Shown in pieces: positions 7,988 through 16,938 of a stretch of 64,000 nt of DNA. Within the stretch, counting starts at the first letter, position 1; each line of letters begins with the position of its first letter. The notes beneath the pieces were generated by a model. It was not told where the DNA came from and searched no databases. It saw nothing but the letters and a program-made list of their open reading frames with translations. A program made the position numbers and the translations under genes. The stretch lies in the IMG/VR virus record IMGVR_UViG_3300027754_000037; one strand, given 5' to 3'. This DNA is from a virus (Duplodnaviria > Caudoviricetes).

Positions 7988-9138
7988 TAGCCGCTTGACA
8001 GAAGACCTCGCACCCGCCAACCAGAAAGGTATCTCTTCACAACTATTTTGCCTAGGTCAGCGATAGCTTGGTTTACAACTTTCAAATACCTCTCCACAAG
8101 GACTTTCTTGCTGATATCTACAGATTTTTCTTTGTATAGCATATACATTGCCAGTACGGTATTGAAAGCTCCTATAGCCAGCAAAGTACCTCCCGACAAA
8201 GCTCCAGCAACTGCTGAGAAAGCAGCGCCAGCGACTCCGGCGTACTTCTCGATGCTTGTGAGGGCACTTGAGCTTTGAGGCTTATCTATAATCTCCTGAA
8301 TTTCTCCAGCAAGCAACCTAAACTTAGGATGTTCTTGGTCGATAAATCCTACTAACTCCTCTGTGCTCATATTGTTGATATTGCGCATGATGATTTGAGC
8401 TTCCCTCAAGTTGGCAGAGGGATTGCGTTGTTTGAGGAGCAAGTTTAAAAATTGTTCCAAGCCTTGAAGGGTGGGCTCACCGCTTGAAATTTGTTTCATT
8501 TGGCCTTGTTTCAAATCCATTTTTTTCTTGTCACCAAGGGCACGAAGATCATTCTTGATAGTATCCAAATCGCCGTCAAATTTCTTGGAAATTTTGTCGG
8601 TGCCAGTACGCTTTTCTGGTGTTGCCAACCAATTCTTATAAAAAATGGCAGCTTTATCGTACATTAAATTACGATAATCATTCAGATTGTAGGTCTCATC
8701 GAGTGCTTCTACGCTTTCAAATTTTCTGCCGAACCAGTTAGCAAGAATCCAATTCTTATAGCGAGCTCCCAAGGCTTTTTTATAGTTGTCTAGAGTTAAA
8801 GCAGCACGATAGTAAGCATCGCTTTCCTTATTTTTTTTGGAGTATGCACCGAGTGTTATGCTAATCATCTTGGCCAGCATGTCGTTAAGACCGCCGAGAA
8901 ACCTATTGGCGAGAAATTTCATGTCGGATTGTTTAAGTTTTGAATCAATTTTTGAAGGTGGAGGTGGTTCTGGCATGGGGACATCTTTAATTCCAGAGGC
9001 ATTTAGGGATGCTGCCTTATCATCGCCTTTGGCGTTAATGTCTTCTAATTGCAGTATTTGAATCTTTGACTCTCTTAGGTCAAAGTCATTGATGCTGAAG
9101 CATTCTTCGGTGTTGAGCCATTCTTTAAGATTAAGCAT
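7984..9138 (-). CDS. Putative head-packaged protein with C-terminal hydrophobic segment
   Basis: Starts MLNLKEWLNTEE; segment AGVAGAAFSAVAGALSGGTLLAIGAFNTVLAMYML. Confidence 0.7.
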   Translation of the reverse strand: MLNLKEWLNTEECFSINDFDLRESKIQILQLEDINAKGDDKAASLNASGIKDVPMPEPPPPSKIDSKLKQSDMKFLANRFLGGLNDMLAKMISITLGAYSKKNKESDAYYRAALTLDNYKKALGARYKNWILANWFGRKFESVEALDETYNLNDYRNLMYDKAAIFYKNWLATPEKRTGTDKISKKFDGDLDTIKNDLRALGDKKKMDLKQGQMKQISSGEPTLQGLEQFLNLLLKQRNPSANLREAQIIMRNINNMSTEELVGFIDQEHPKFRLLAGEIQEIIDKPQSSSALTSIEKYAGVAGAAFSAVAGALSGGTLLAIGAFNTVLAMYMLYKEKSVDISKKVLVERYLKVVNQAIADLGKIVVKRYLSGWRVRGLLSSGY

Positions 9139-9142
9139 AATG

Positions 9143-9150
9143 TATCTATA
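9143..9150 (-). promoter_or_regulatory. Putative late promoter box TATAGATA, 4 nt before ATG
   Basis: TATAGATA-CATT-ATG. Confidence 0.6.
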
Positions 9151-9166
9151 TTTTTGGTCTCTGGTT

Positions 9167-9607
9167 TTAAGAGATTTGTTGGTCTGATGTTTTAGGTTTT
9201 CTGATCATGGTATCTTGGTCATCTCTCCGCAGGGAGTTGAAGCCGAATGATTTATAAAAGTTTTTCAATTTCCTTGAGGGAATTCTCTCATCAGTTTTTA
9301 GAGGAACTGCGTTGAGTTCCAGCCAAGTATTTGTCTCATCTGCCATCCTTGTGATTTTTTCCATGAATCTTTGGCCTGCGCCTGTTTTGGTTGGTACGGT
9401 GTGAATTTCTTCGATATGGATGCCACCGGGTTTCATTACCGATGAATTGATTTTGAACATTACAACGGTTTCGCCGTCTGTGTAGTAGTAATTGTGGCCA
9501 AAGGGATTCATTTGTGCATTTACGCTTGCAAAGAATCTACTGATAAATTGTTGGGAATTTGCGGGATTTACTGTTTCAACTGTTAGCCAATCTTTGAAAT
9601 TTAACAT
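9167..9607 (-). CDS. GNAT-fold acetyltransferase with capsid-targeting-like leader
   Basis: MLNFKDWLTVE; IHIEEIHTVPTKTGAGQRFM (motif A); LELNAVP; LKNFYKSFGF (motif B). Confidence 0.75.
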   Translation of the reverse strand: MLNFKDWLTVETVNPANSQQFISRFFASVNAQMNPFGHNYYYTDGETVVMFKINSSVMKPGGIHIEEIHTVPTKTGAGQRFMEKITRMADETNTWLELNAVPLKTDERIPSRKLKNFYKSFGFNSLRRDDQDTMIRKPKTSDQQIS

Positions 9608-9611
9608 AAAT

Positions 9612-9619
9612 TATTTATG
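9612..9619 (-). promoter_or_regulatory. Putative late promoter box CATAAATA, 4 nt before ATG
   Basis: CATAAATA-ATTT-ATG. Confidence 0.6.
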
Positions 9620-9704
9620 TCAAATTATGTTTTTTTTATTGGGCTCATTTGAAACGAGAAACAAAAGTAAAAAAAATTTTAAATCAATCATTCTTTGTTA
9701 AGTC

Positions 9705-10295
9705 ATGGACAGAATTCAGATTATCAACAAGATCATATCGACACTTAATTTTAAGAGATATCTTGAGATAGGAGTTGAGGATGGCGAGTGTTTAAGGAAT
9801 GTGGTGTGTGGGGAGAAGGTAGGTGTTGATCCAGAACCTATAGATGGCGTGATTGGATTGACGAGTGACGAGTTTTTTGCGAGTTATCGTGGTCTTGCAT
9901 TTGATTTAATTTTCATAGATGGATTGCATCATTCTGAGCAGGTCATAAGCGACATTGAAAATGCTTTCATGAATTTGTCTGAGCGTGGGGTGGTGATTTG
10001 TCATGATTGTTTGCCACCGAGTGAGTTGTTGCAGAGGAGGCCGAGGCCACAGAGGTTGTGGAATGGTGATGTATGGAAGGCTATTCATCACATTCGAGCG
10101 AATCGTGGTGATTTGCGGTTATTTACTTTGGATTGTGACTGGGGATGTACGGTCATAGAGCGTGGTGAATCTAAAAAGTATATTGGTCCTTGTGAGGAAG
10201 TGGATTGGGAATATTTCAAGAGTCATGGGCGTGAGTTTATGAATATTGTTCAGCCTGAATATTTAGATGAATTTTTAAATGGGAGATTGTCATGA
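9705..10295 (+). CDS. Class I SAM-dependent methyltransferase (Methyltransf_24-like)
   Basis: YLEIGV, GVDP, FDLIFIDGLHH, VICHD and WNGDVWK. Confidence 0.85.
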   Translation: MDRIQIINKIISTLNFKRYLEIGVEDGECLRNVVCGEKVGVDPEPIDGVIGLTSDEFFASYRGLAFDLIFIDGLHHSEQVISDIENAFMNLSERGVVICHDCLPPSELLQRRPRPQRLWNGDVWKAIHHIRANRGDLRLFTLDCDWGCTVIERGESKKYIGPCEEVDWEYFKSHGREFMNIVQPEYLDEFLNGRLS

Positions 10296-10753
10296 ATTTG
10301 AGACAGTTGTTGAGTCATTTGGCGGCTAATTTTTTGTTACCGGTATCGATTCGTTTGCCGGATGGCAGCATGGTTCCACCGCATTTTCACATCACGGAGG
10401 TGGGTGTAGTTGCGAAGAATTCCAAGGATTGTGGTGGCGAGAACATGAGTTCTGCCAAGGCTTACATGCAGATTTGGGTGGCGAATGATGTAGAGCACAG
10501 GCTTTTATGCAAGAAATTTTTTGATATTATTGGAAAGTGCGTCAATCAGATTATTGTTGACACGATGGAAGTTGATTTCGAGTATCAAAATGGGACTATC
10601 AACACATTCAAGCTTGATGGTTTGAGTGTTGAGAGTGATACTATTGTTTTGATTTTGGGTAATTACTATACAGCCTGCATGTCGCCTGACAAGTGCGGTA
10701 TTGAGGTGTTGATGGCATCGAAGTATTGTTCAGAGGGAAGTGGTTGTTGTTAA
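10292..10753 (+). CDS. DUF6428-like Cys-rich protein
   Basis: PPHFHITEVG...KDCGG motif; C-terminal CMSPDKC...CSEGSGCC. Confidence 0.65.
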   Translation: MNLRQLLSHLAANFLLPVSIRLPDGSMVPPHFHITEVGVVAKNSKDCGGENMSSAKAYMQIWVANDVEHRLLCKKFFDIIGKCVNQIIVDTMEVDFEYQNGTINTFKLDGLSVESDTIVLILGNYYTACMSPDKCGIEVLMASKYCSEGSGCC

Positions 10754-10757
10754 AAAG

Positions 10758-10791
10758 AAAAAGAGACCAGAATTGCTTCTGATCTCTTTTT
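10758..10791. terminator. Intrinsic terminator (bidirectional)
   Basis: AAAAGAGACCAGAA-TTGC-TTCTGATCTCTTTT. Confidence 0.7.
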
Positions 10792-10808
10792 AGATTTTGT
10801 GTTTAAAA

Positions 10809-11285
10809 TCAATAAGTGTTAAAGCTTTTACCGCCACCTGTTTTCAGAACGACATAAGCGAACTTACGGGGGTAGCCGGAATCGGTTCCATCATCGTCTC
10901 CTGTGTGGAGGATGAAGCCACCGAAGGTCACGCCTTGCTCCCATTTGTAGGTGGTTTCATCTCCTGAGTCATCGTCGGTAAAATCCGAATCGTCGAAGTT
11001 ATTGCCATTGCTGTCAATCTTTTCGATGTGAGGAGGATTGTCTCCACGACCATCAGAGTTGGTCCAGTCGGATTGGGTGACGAGTACGACCACATCATCG
11101 GGGTTCTCGTTGATACCGGGAATACGGACTTCGAGTTGCCAAACATCTTCGTAGTCCCAAACTTCTCCAGCAGCGAGAATAGCTGCGCCGTTTGCGGGTT
11201 GATAGATAGTTCTCTTGTTTCCGGGTCCTTTATTGAGGCCATCGGAGGAACCATTTCCTGTTCCAGTAACGCTAGTAGCTGACAT
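10809..11285 (-). CDS. Putative virion protein with M(S/G)AT-x-x-x-GTG-x-G N-terminus
   Basis: MSATSVTGTGNG; SD AGGAG; acidic beta-rich body. Confidence 0.65.
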   Translation of the reverse strand: MSATSVTGTGNGSSDGLNKGPGNKRTIYQPANGAAILAAGEVWDYEDVWQLEVRIPGINENPDDVVVLVTQSDWTNSDGRGDNPPHIEKIDSNGNNFDDSDFTDDDSGDETTYKWEQGVTFGGFILHTGDDDGTDSGYPRKFAYVVLKTGGGKSFNTY

Positions 11286-11311
11286 ATTTTTTTTCTCCTG
11301 TTAAAAAATGA

Positions 11312-11599
11312 TTAAGCAAGCTTGACGACGACATAATCTTCAGAGTTGTGTTCGGCGCTAACAACAGCTTTGCCGTTCACGACGACTTCTAAACTGCCAG
11401 AAGCACCGGCATCGACCTTACCAAGAACTTCGAGAGCGTTGACAACGGTATCAACATGCTTCTTTTTCATATCGGCAACTGTGACTTTGACGAGGTTGTC
11501 AGCGACAACAGCTTCGGTCATTTTGTTTTTAACGCCCATGACAACAAACTTGTCTTCCTTATGTGCGTTGAGAACTTCGAGAAGTGCATTCAGGTTCAT
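11312..11599 (-). CDS. Hypothetical protein
   Basis: 95-aa ORF with SD GGGAG and typical codon usage. Confidence 0.65.
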   Translation of the reverse strand: MNLNALLEVLNAHKEDKFVVMGVKNKMTEAVVADNLVKVTVADMKKKHVDTVVNALEVLGKVDAGASGSLEVVVNGKAVVSAEHNSEDYVVVKLA

Positions 11600-11755
11600 A
11601 ATAATCTCCCATAAAAAGATGAGTCGAAAGTATTTATGGTTTTGCTTTTAACAATGCGTTTTATACAGATGTTGTTTCGCAAAATTATTTTATTTTTACA
11701 TTTTTGCATTTATTGTCATGGCAAAAACTAAATATTTCTTGAAAGGGCAAAAAAA

Positions 11756-12028
11756 ATGAAGTCATTTGATGAATATCTGGTTGAGACTGCTGCAAAAAAG
11801 GGTGAGAAGAAGAAGTCTGACAAGAGCAGCAGCAATAAAATCATGGCTATGCAGGACATAGCGAACCATCTAAAGTCAATCTTGGCCGATTATGATATTT
11901 CGGTGCGAAGGTTTGTTTGGGATAGGTTGACGAGTGCCAAGGGGCATGAGTTGATGGAAAAGATTTTGCGTAATCCCAAGACTTATTTAAGCATGAGTGA
12001 GTTTACTCAACTGGTAACCAAGAAGTGA
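11756..12028 (+). CDS. Small protein with capsid-targeting-like leader
   Basis: MKSFDEYLVE. Confidence 0.7.
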   Translation: MKSFDEYLVETAAKKGEKKKSDKSSSNKIMAMQDIANHLKSILADYDISVRRFVWDRLTSAKGHELMEKILRNPKTYLSMSEFTQLVTKK

Positions 12029-12038
12029 GGACATTGAA

Positions 12039-12349
12039 ATGAGAGCATTTTTAGTATTTGTTTTTGGGATATTATTGGTGGCAGAGGTTCAAGGTGGTCC
12101 TTTTGGCAGGCTTTTCAAGCGCAATCAACCACAGGTTAATCCTCCTGCCGAAAAGGTTGAGCCTAAGAAGGAGAATCCTAAAGTTGATTCCAAGAAAGAG
12201 CAGCCGAAGAAGGCAGAGCCAAAGTTGGAGGGTCGTCCTAAGAAGGAGGAGCCTAAGAAGGCAGAACCAAAGCCAAAGTTGGAGGGTCGTCCCAAGACCG
12301 AGGTTGCATCTCAGGCTATTCGCAAGGTTCCTGCGCCAAATTTCAGGGA

Positions 12350-12353
<4 letters not shown>
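12039..12353 (+). CDS. Signal-peptide protein with K/E/P repeats
   Basis: Hydrophobic N-terminus ending VQG; repeated PKKAEPK(PK)LEGRP. Confidence 0.65.
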
Positions 12354-12706
<353 letters not shown>

Positions 12707-12721
12707 AGACTTATAGAGTAG

Positions 12722-13060
12722 TTAGCATCGACATTTCCATACTCTTAGTGCCGCATTGATTTTACTCTTTGGGTCATTGGCTGTTTTGGCAGATGTATTG
12801 TGTTTTCGCATTCCGCACATGCGACTGCAAAATGATTTGCGGCGACTTTTCGTTTTGTCGGACATCTTGCTTACGCCACCTTTGCGTTCTGCCTCACGCT
12901 TGGTTTCAATACCAGCGTGGATGCCGAGTTTTTTAGCGTAGGCTGGTTTAAGCCCGCCTTCTGGGTGATTCTTTTTGGGGTTATAGCCTTTATATGGCTT
13001 CTTTCCTTCATGTAGGAAATCTTCATCTCGTTCTTGCAGCCATTCGGAAAAAGATTGCAT
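12722..13060 (-). CDS. DUF6321-like basic protein with capsid-targeting-like leader
   Basis: MQSFSEWLQERDE; RRKSFCSRMCG...ALRVWKC. Confidence 0.7.
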   Translation of the reverse strand: MQSFSEWLQERDEDFLHEGKKPYKGYNPKKNHPEGGLKPAYAKKLGIHAGIETKREAERKGGVSKMSDKTKSRRKSFCSRMCGMRKHNTSAKTANDPKSKINAALRVWKCRC

Positions 13061-13082
13061 AATTCACCTCAATTGATGAATT

Positions 13083-13108
13083 TATTTATGGTTCGTCCTG
13101 TATAAATA
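13083..13108. promoter_or_regulatory. Back-to-back putative late promoter boxes
   Basis: CATAAATA on minus (13083-13090) and TATAAATA on plus (13101-13108) between divergent genes. Confidence 0.7.
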
Positions 13109-13113
13109 TCATT

Positions 13114-13317
13114 ATGAAATTTGCAGACTGGTTATCAAGATTGAACGAGATGATGTCCTCTAAAGGCAAGGGTCATCCATTCAAACCCGGACCTAGGGAT
13201 GTAAAGCCAAAGCCACATGATTTAAAATTGTGTGGTCAGGGAGGAGGGCCGGGGCCTTGTGAGGGTGGTGGAGGTGGAGGTGGAGGTGCTATGCCTGCTG
13301 CGCCTCCTGCTGGTTAA
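13114..13317 (+). CDS. Small Gly/Pro-rich protein with capsid-targeting-like leader
   Basis: MKFADWLSRLNE; TATAAATA 5 nt upstream of ATG. Confidence 0.65.
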   Translation: MKFADWLSRLNEMMSSKGKGHPFKPGPRDVKPKPHDLKLCGQGGGPGPCEGGGGGGGGAMPAAPPAG

Positions 13318-13679
13318 ATAATATCAACTTCAAGAGATCTGACTTCTACTGATGCATAGCATATATCACAATCTTGTGTGAAAGAAGAAGCGATCACGAC
13401 TGCATCGTGGACTAAATATTTATTATTATTTGTTTTAAAAATCATACAAATTTTATGATTCAATGGTTCATTTCTGGTTCTTGTGAATACAAACTTGCTG
13501 AGTTCTTCTGATTCATCACAATAAAAGCTAAATTCAACTTTTGCGGATCGAAAGGCGACATCGAGAGTTACATTTTTGACTGGAATATTTTCAACATGTG
13601 GAATCCAAGAATTGGAGTCCACGATTGTTAACAAAAAAATGTTTTCTGCGAATAATTCTTTTTGTATGATTGCATTCAT
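13314..13679 (-). CDS. Hypothetical protein
   Basis: 121-aa ORF. Confidence 0.55.
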   Translation of the reverse strand: MNAIIQKELFAENIFLLTIVDSNSWIPHVENIPVKNVTLDVAFRSAKVEFSFYCDESEELSKFVFTRTRNEPLNHKICMIFKTNNNKYLVHDAVVIASSFTQDCDICYASVEVRSLEVDII

Positions 13680-13696
13680 TTTTGAAAAATAATCTT

Positions 13697-14269
13697 TTAT
13701 TCAAAAAAAGTCAACATGCAATTTGGTATTTTTGGCCCTACTATTTTTAAGAATTCTTGAGCACCTTGATTGCTGAATACGATTTCGTGGCGATTGCGAC
13801 ATTGGTGTGTAGTACAATCGCAATCTAGGCTGTTGAAGTAATCTGCTATAATTTTCGTGCCTTCCTCGCCAAACTTATGTGTTCTGAGGTAAGCTTTTCT
13901 TACGCCTTTTCTTCCAGCGTCGATGAACCAAGTCATCCAAGCCTCATCGGTGAGTATTTCCAGAATTTCACGGGTAATTATTTTATCATTATCTTGGTAA
14001 AAAGTTTTGTAGACATCGTTAAAGACTGGGAAGGCGATGCTGTAGCATCGAAATGTGTTTTTGTCTTGTTTGATGGTATTTTGGTCAATTTTGAAGAAAT
14101 CTTGGAGGACTTGGACCTTGTATTGGAGCCAAGTGTGGTTGTTGTCACGCATGGCTAGGTAGCAATTCTTGCCACGGTCTGGTCGAATTATGGACGAACC
14201 GCCGAGAATGGTGCCATACAGGATTTGCCTCTGGCAGTCTTTGAGGCTTGGACCGCATTGATATGTCAT
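13697..14269 (-). CDS. LAGLIDADG_2 (I-SceI-like) protein lacking the catalytic aspartates
   Basis: QILYGTILGGSSI and WMTWFIDAG correspond to GLILGDAY and AYWFMDDG. Confidence 0.75.
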   Translation of the reverse strand: MTYQCGPSLKDCQRQILYGTILGGSSIIRPDRGKNCYLAMRDNNHTWLQYKVQVLQDFFKIDQNTIKQDKNTFRCYSIAFPVFNDVYKTFYQDNDKIITREILEILTDEAWMTWFIDAGRKGVRKAYLRTHKFGEEGTKIIADYFNSLDCDCTTHQCRNRHEIVFSNQGAQEFLKIVGPKIPNCMLTFFE

Positions 14270-14392
14270 TGTTTACCTCTTGATTTATATATGATTTTTC
14301 GCAAAATTTTGTCCGATATGTGGCAAATTGATTTGAATTGTTTGATTGATTTTAATAAATACCTGAGTTCTTTTCTTTAAAGGAGAAATAAA

Positions 14393-14941
14393 ATGGGAGC
14401 TACAACAACGCAAGGAACTGGACCCGGTTCTACATATAACATTAAGCCTTTGGTTTTCAACGGAATTGTTAAGACTGGCAACTTGGGGCCTATGGCTGTT
14501 CAAGACAATCTGTCTGGCGAGAGCAAGCTGTTGGCTTTGTCCAATGCAACTGTTACTTTGACCGAAGCTGATCATGCTGGCAAGATTTTGGTTCTGAATA
14601 TTGCTGATGGAGTGACTGTCACCCTGCCTGCCACTAGTGGCAATGGCGCAAAGTATACTTTTGTTGTAAAAACAACTGTCACCAGCAACAACTACATCAT
14701 CAAGGTTGCTAATACTACTGACAGCCTTGTTGGTCGTGCTTTGGCATGTGCTGACGGTGGCAACACCGTTAACGGCTGGGAAGTTACTGGTGGCGATGAC
14801 ACCATCACCCTGAATGGTGGCACTAAGGGTGGATATGCTGGAGACACTATTGAATTGATCGACATCGGTGGCAAGTTTGTTGTGAACGCTTTCTTGAATC
14901 AAACCGCCAGCGAAGCAACTCCTTTCAGCGCAACCGTCTAA
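14393..14941 (+). CDS. Putative virion structural/decoration protein
   Basis: MGATTTQGTGPG; T/G-rich beta sequence (TLTEADHAGKILVL...VTVTLPAT); SD AAGGAG. Confidence 0.7.
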   Translation: MGATTTQGTGPGSTYNIKPLVFNGIVKTGNLGPMAVQDNLSGESKLLALSNATVTLTEADHAGKILVLNIADGVTVTLPATSGNGAKYTFVVKTTVTSNNYIIKVANTTDSLVGRALACADGGNTVNGWEVTGGDDTITLNGGTKGGYAGDTIELIDIGGKFVVNAFLNQTASEATPFSATV

Positions 14942-14956
14942 ATTTAGGAATTTATC

Positions 14957-15307
14957 ATGGGAGCCACAACCACACAAGGAACTGGACCCGGAATGGCTCA
15001 CCCCAAACCGGGACTTCAAAACAAGAAGATTAATGAAGCTGCGCAAGTTAGTTTATCTTTGAATAATTTTTTTGGTCCTAGGGTTGTGGCTGCTGGAATT
15101 ATCAAATTGCAGGGCGAAACCGGTAAGGTTTGTTTTGCAGCGCAAGTTGGCAACATCAAGGATTACTGTGTGCTGTTGACGAACAACAGCCCCAGTAATC
15201 CTTTTCTTTCATATCCTCTATCTGAGGAATCCCAGTTTTGGTCATTTGAGGTGACGGCTGGCATCAACGATGTAGTTTCCTATGTTGTTTTGAGGTCAGG
15301 AAGCTGA
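14957..15307 (+). CDS. Putative virion protein, same N-terminus as upstream gene
   Basis: Identical 12-aa start MGATTTQGTGPG; SD AGGA. Confidence 0.7.
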   Translation: MGATTTQGTGPGMAHPKPGLQNKKINEAAQVSLSLNNFFGPRVVAAGIIKLQGETGKVCFAAQVGNIKDYCVLLTNNSPSNPFLSYPLSEESQFWSFEVTAGINDVVSYVVLRSGS

Positions 15308-15308
15308 C

Positions 15309-15869
15309 TTATTCTTCCTTGGGTTTATAAAACTTGATATTTTTGTCGGCCCATTCGATGGCCATATGCGAGCCTCTGGTGAGTAGTCCCACGAGTTGAG
15401 TTGGGTTTCCGCTGCCTTCGATGGCGATATTGTCTCGTTCCGTGTTTTCGATCCAGACGAGTGCAAAGGTTAATCCGCTTCTTTGTTTGAGTTCGGTTGC
15501 CATTTGACGGATGGTGACGAGAGAGAGGTCTGGAAGTCCGAGTTCTGACTGTTTGGCTTTCTTGTCATCGCCTCCAGCGGACAGCATATTGTCGAGTTTT
15601 TTAGTGAGAAGGATGATGGCGTTAAGGGTGTTGTGGTCTTCGATGACGAGTTGGTAGGAGGTGTCTTTGGATTTGGAATTACCAGCAAGCACTATTAGGT
15701 TGCAGGCGTATTGTTCTTTAACTTCTTTGATCTGACTTGATATGGTAGCCAGAGTGTTTTCGTTATCTGTTTTGAAATGAATCCAGTTGTATTCTGTACT
15801 TTTGTCAATGATTTCAAGCCCCTCGAATTGGACGAGGGTTTTTGCGAGTTTTTCAAATTCCTTTTCCAT
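15309..15869 (-). CDS. Hypothetical protein
   Basis: 186-aa ORF; SD GGAGG. Confidence 0.7.
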   Translation of the reverse strand: MEKEFEKLAKTLVQFEGLEIIDKSTEYNWIHFKTDNENTLATISSQIKEVKEQYACNLIVLAGNSKSKDTSYQLVIEDHNTLNAIILLTKKLDNMLSAGGDDKKAKQSELGLPDLSLVTIRQMATELKQRSGLTFALVWIENTERDNIAIEGSGNPTQLVGLLTRGSHMAIEWADKNIKFYKPKEE

Positions 15870-15872
15870 TTT

Positions 15873-16409
15873 TTAATCCTCCAAGATACCGGCATCGTTG
15901 AGTGAGCGTGCAAGTTTTATTAGGTGCTTGCACATACCCGGAAGTTCGAGCGGATTGCTTGAACCCGGATTTGTTTTCGCCTCGTACTTCTTCCTGACTG
16001 TGCCGTACAGCGACTTATCTTTTTTGTCTTCAAAATTGAAACGATAATAAAAATCGCTACAGTTACAACGAAGGGCTACTTCGTTGTTGGCATTAAGTTT
16101 GTCGAAAAAGTAATTGCGTCCATCGCTTGCGACTATTTCCACCCAATTCCGATTATCTTTGGAGTTGTGATAATTCACTTTTTTGAAGAGAATTATTGGG
16201 TTGTATTCCTTACCATTTCCTTCGTTCTTCGCCAGACCTTTGACGAATAATGTTCTGACACCCTTGTAGGGTAGCCAATTCATTTGTTTGATAACAATTT
16301 CATCGATTGAGTGTTGTCTTTTAGCTGTTTTGGGAAAAGCCTGTACTGTAGATTTGTATAAATCGTACAGGTTGGATTCCTTGATCAACAGATAATCGTT
16401 GAAATTCAT
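15873..16409 (-). CDS. SWIM-type Zn-finger protein with capsid-targeting-like leader
   Basis: MNFNDYLLIKES; RCNCSDFYYR...GMCKHL. Confidence 0.7.
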   Translation of the reverse strand: MNFNDYLLIKESNLYDLYKSTVQAFPKTAKRQHSIDEIVIKQMNWLPYKGVRTLFVKGLAKNEGNGKEYNPIILFKKVNYHNSKDNRNWVEIVASDGRNYFFDKLNANNEVALRCNCSDFYYRFNFEDKKDKSLYGTVRKKYEAKTNPGSSNPLELPGMCKHLIKLARSLNDAGILED

Positions 16410-16413
16410 GTAG

Positions 16414-16421
16414 TATTTACA
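16414..16421 (-). promoter_or_regulatory. Putative late promoter box TGTAAATA, 4 nt before ATG
   Basis: TGTAAATA-CTAC-ATG. Confidence 0.5.
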
Positions 16422-16495
16422 CATTTCCTGATTATTTCGTAAACAGCATACTTAATTATCGTTGATAATGGTGAAATTAATGTTTGAGGTGCATC

Positions 16496-16792
16496 GTGAG
16501 TGAAGAGCAGCCTGAATTGACACCTGAACAGTTGGGCAAGAAAAGTTTTGAAGTGCGTTATGGGATGGGCAAGAATAGCACGATTGAGAAGGCTATTTTC
16601 ATAGATGGTGAGTTATTGGATTGGCGTGTGGACATGAGCACTTACTTGGATGCAATGAAAATGGGTCCAATGTACATGAGGGAAATTCAAAAAGACATTG
16701 AGAAACACTTTATTGAGTCTGTATCCGACTTTTTGGGTCGGAATGTGACTGTAGAGGACATCAAGCAGGCCACGAAGAGTGGCTGGATTTGA
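16496..16792 (+). CDS. Hypothetical protein
   Basis: SD GAGGTG then GTG at 16496. Confidence 0.65.
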   Translation: MSEEQPELTPEQLGKKSFEVRYGMGKNSTIEKAIFIDGELLDWRVDMSTYLDAMKMGPMYMREIQKDIEKHFIESVSDFLGRNVTVEDIKQATKSGWI

Positions 16793-16900
16793 GACATTTC
16801 CCTGTAATTGTTTACTAGTATGTTTTTGAAACCGAATGGGGGTGATTTCTTTATATACATCCTGCGAAGGGAAATAGACGCAGCTTAGTAAACAAAGTAA

Positions 16901-16938
16901 GGCTGGCTGATTTATTTCAGCCAGCCTCTTCTTTTTTA
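16901..16938. terminator. Intrinsic terminator
   Basis: GGCTGGCTGA-TTTATT-TCAGCCAGCC plus T tract. Confidence 0.85.

Noticed and set aside
14285-15046. 253-aa minus-strand ORF
   Set aside because: Shadow of two plus-strand genes that have SDs and a shared N-terminal motif
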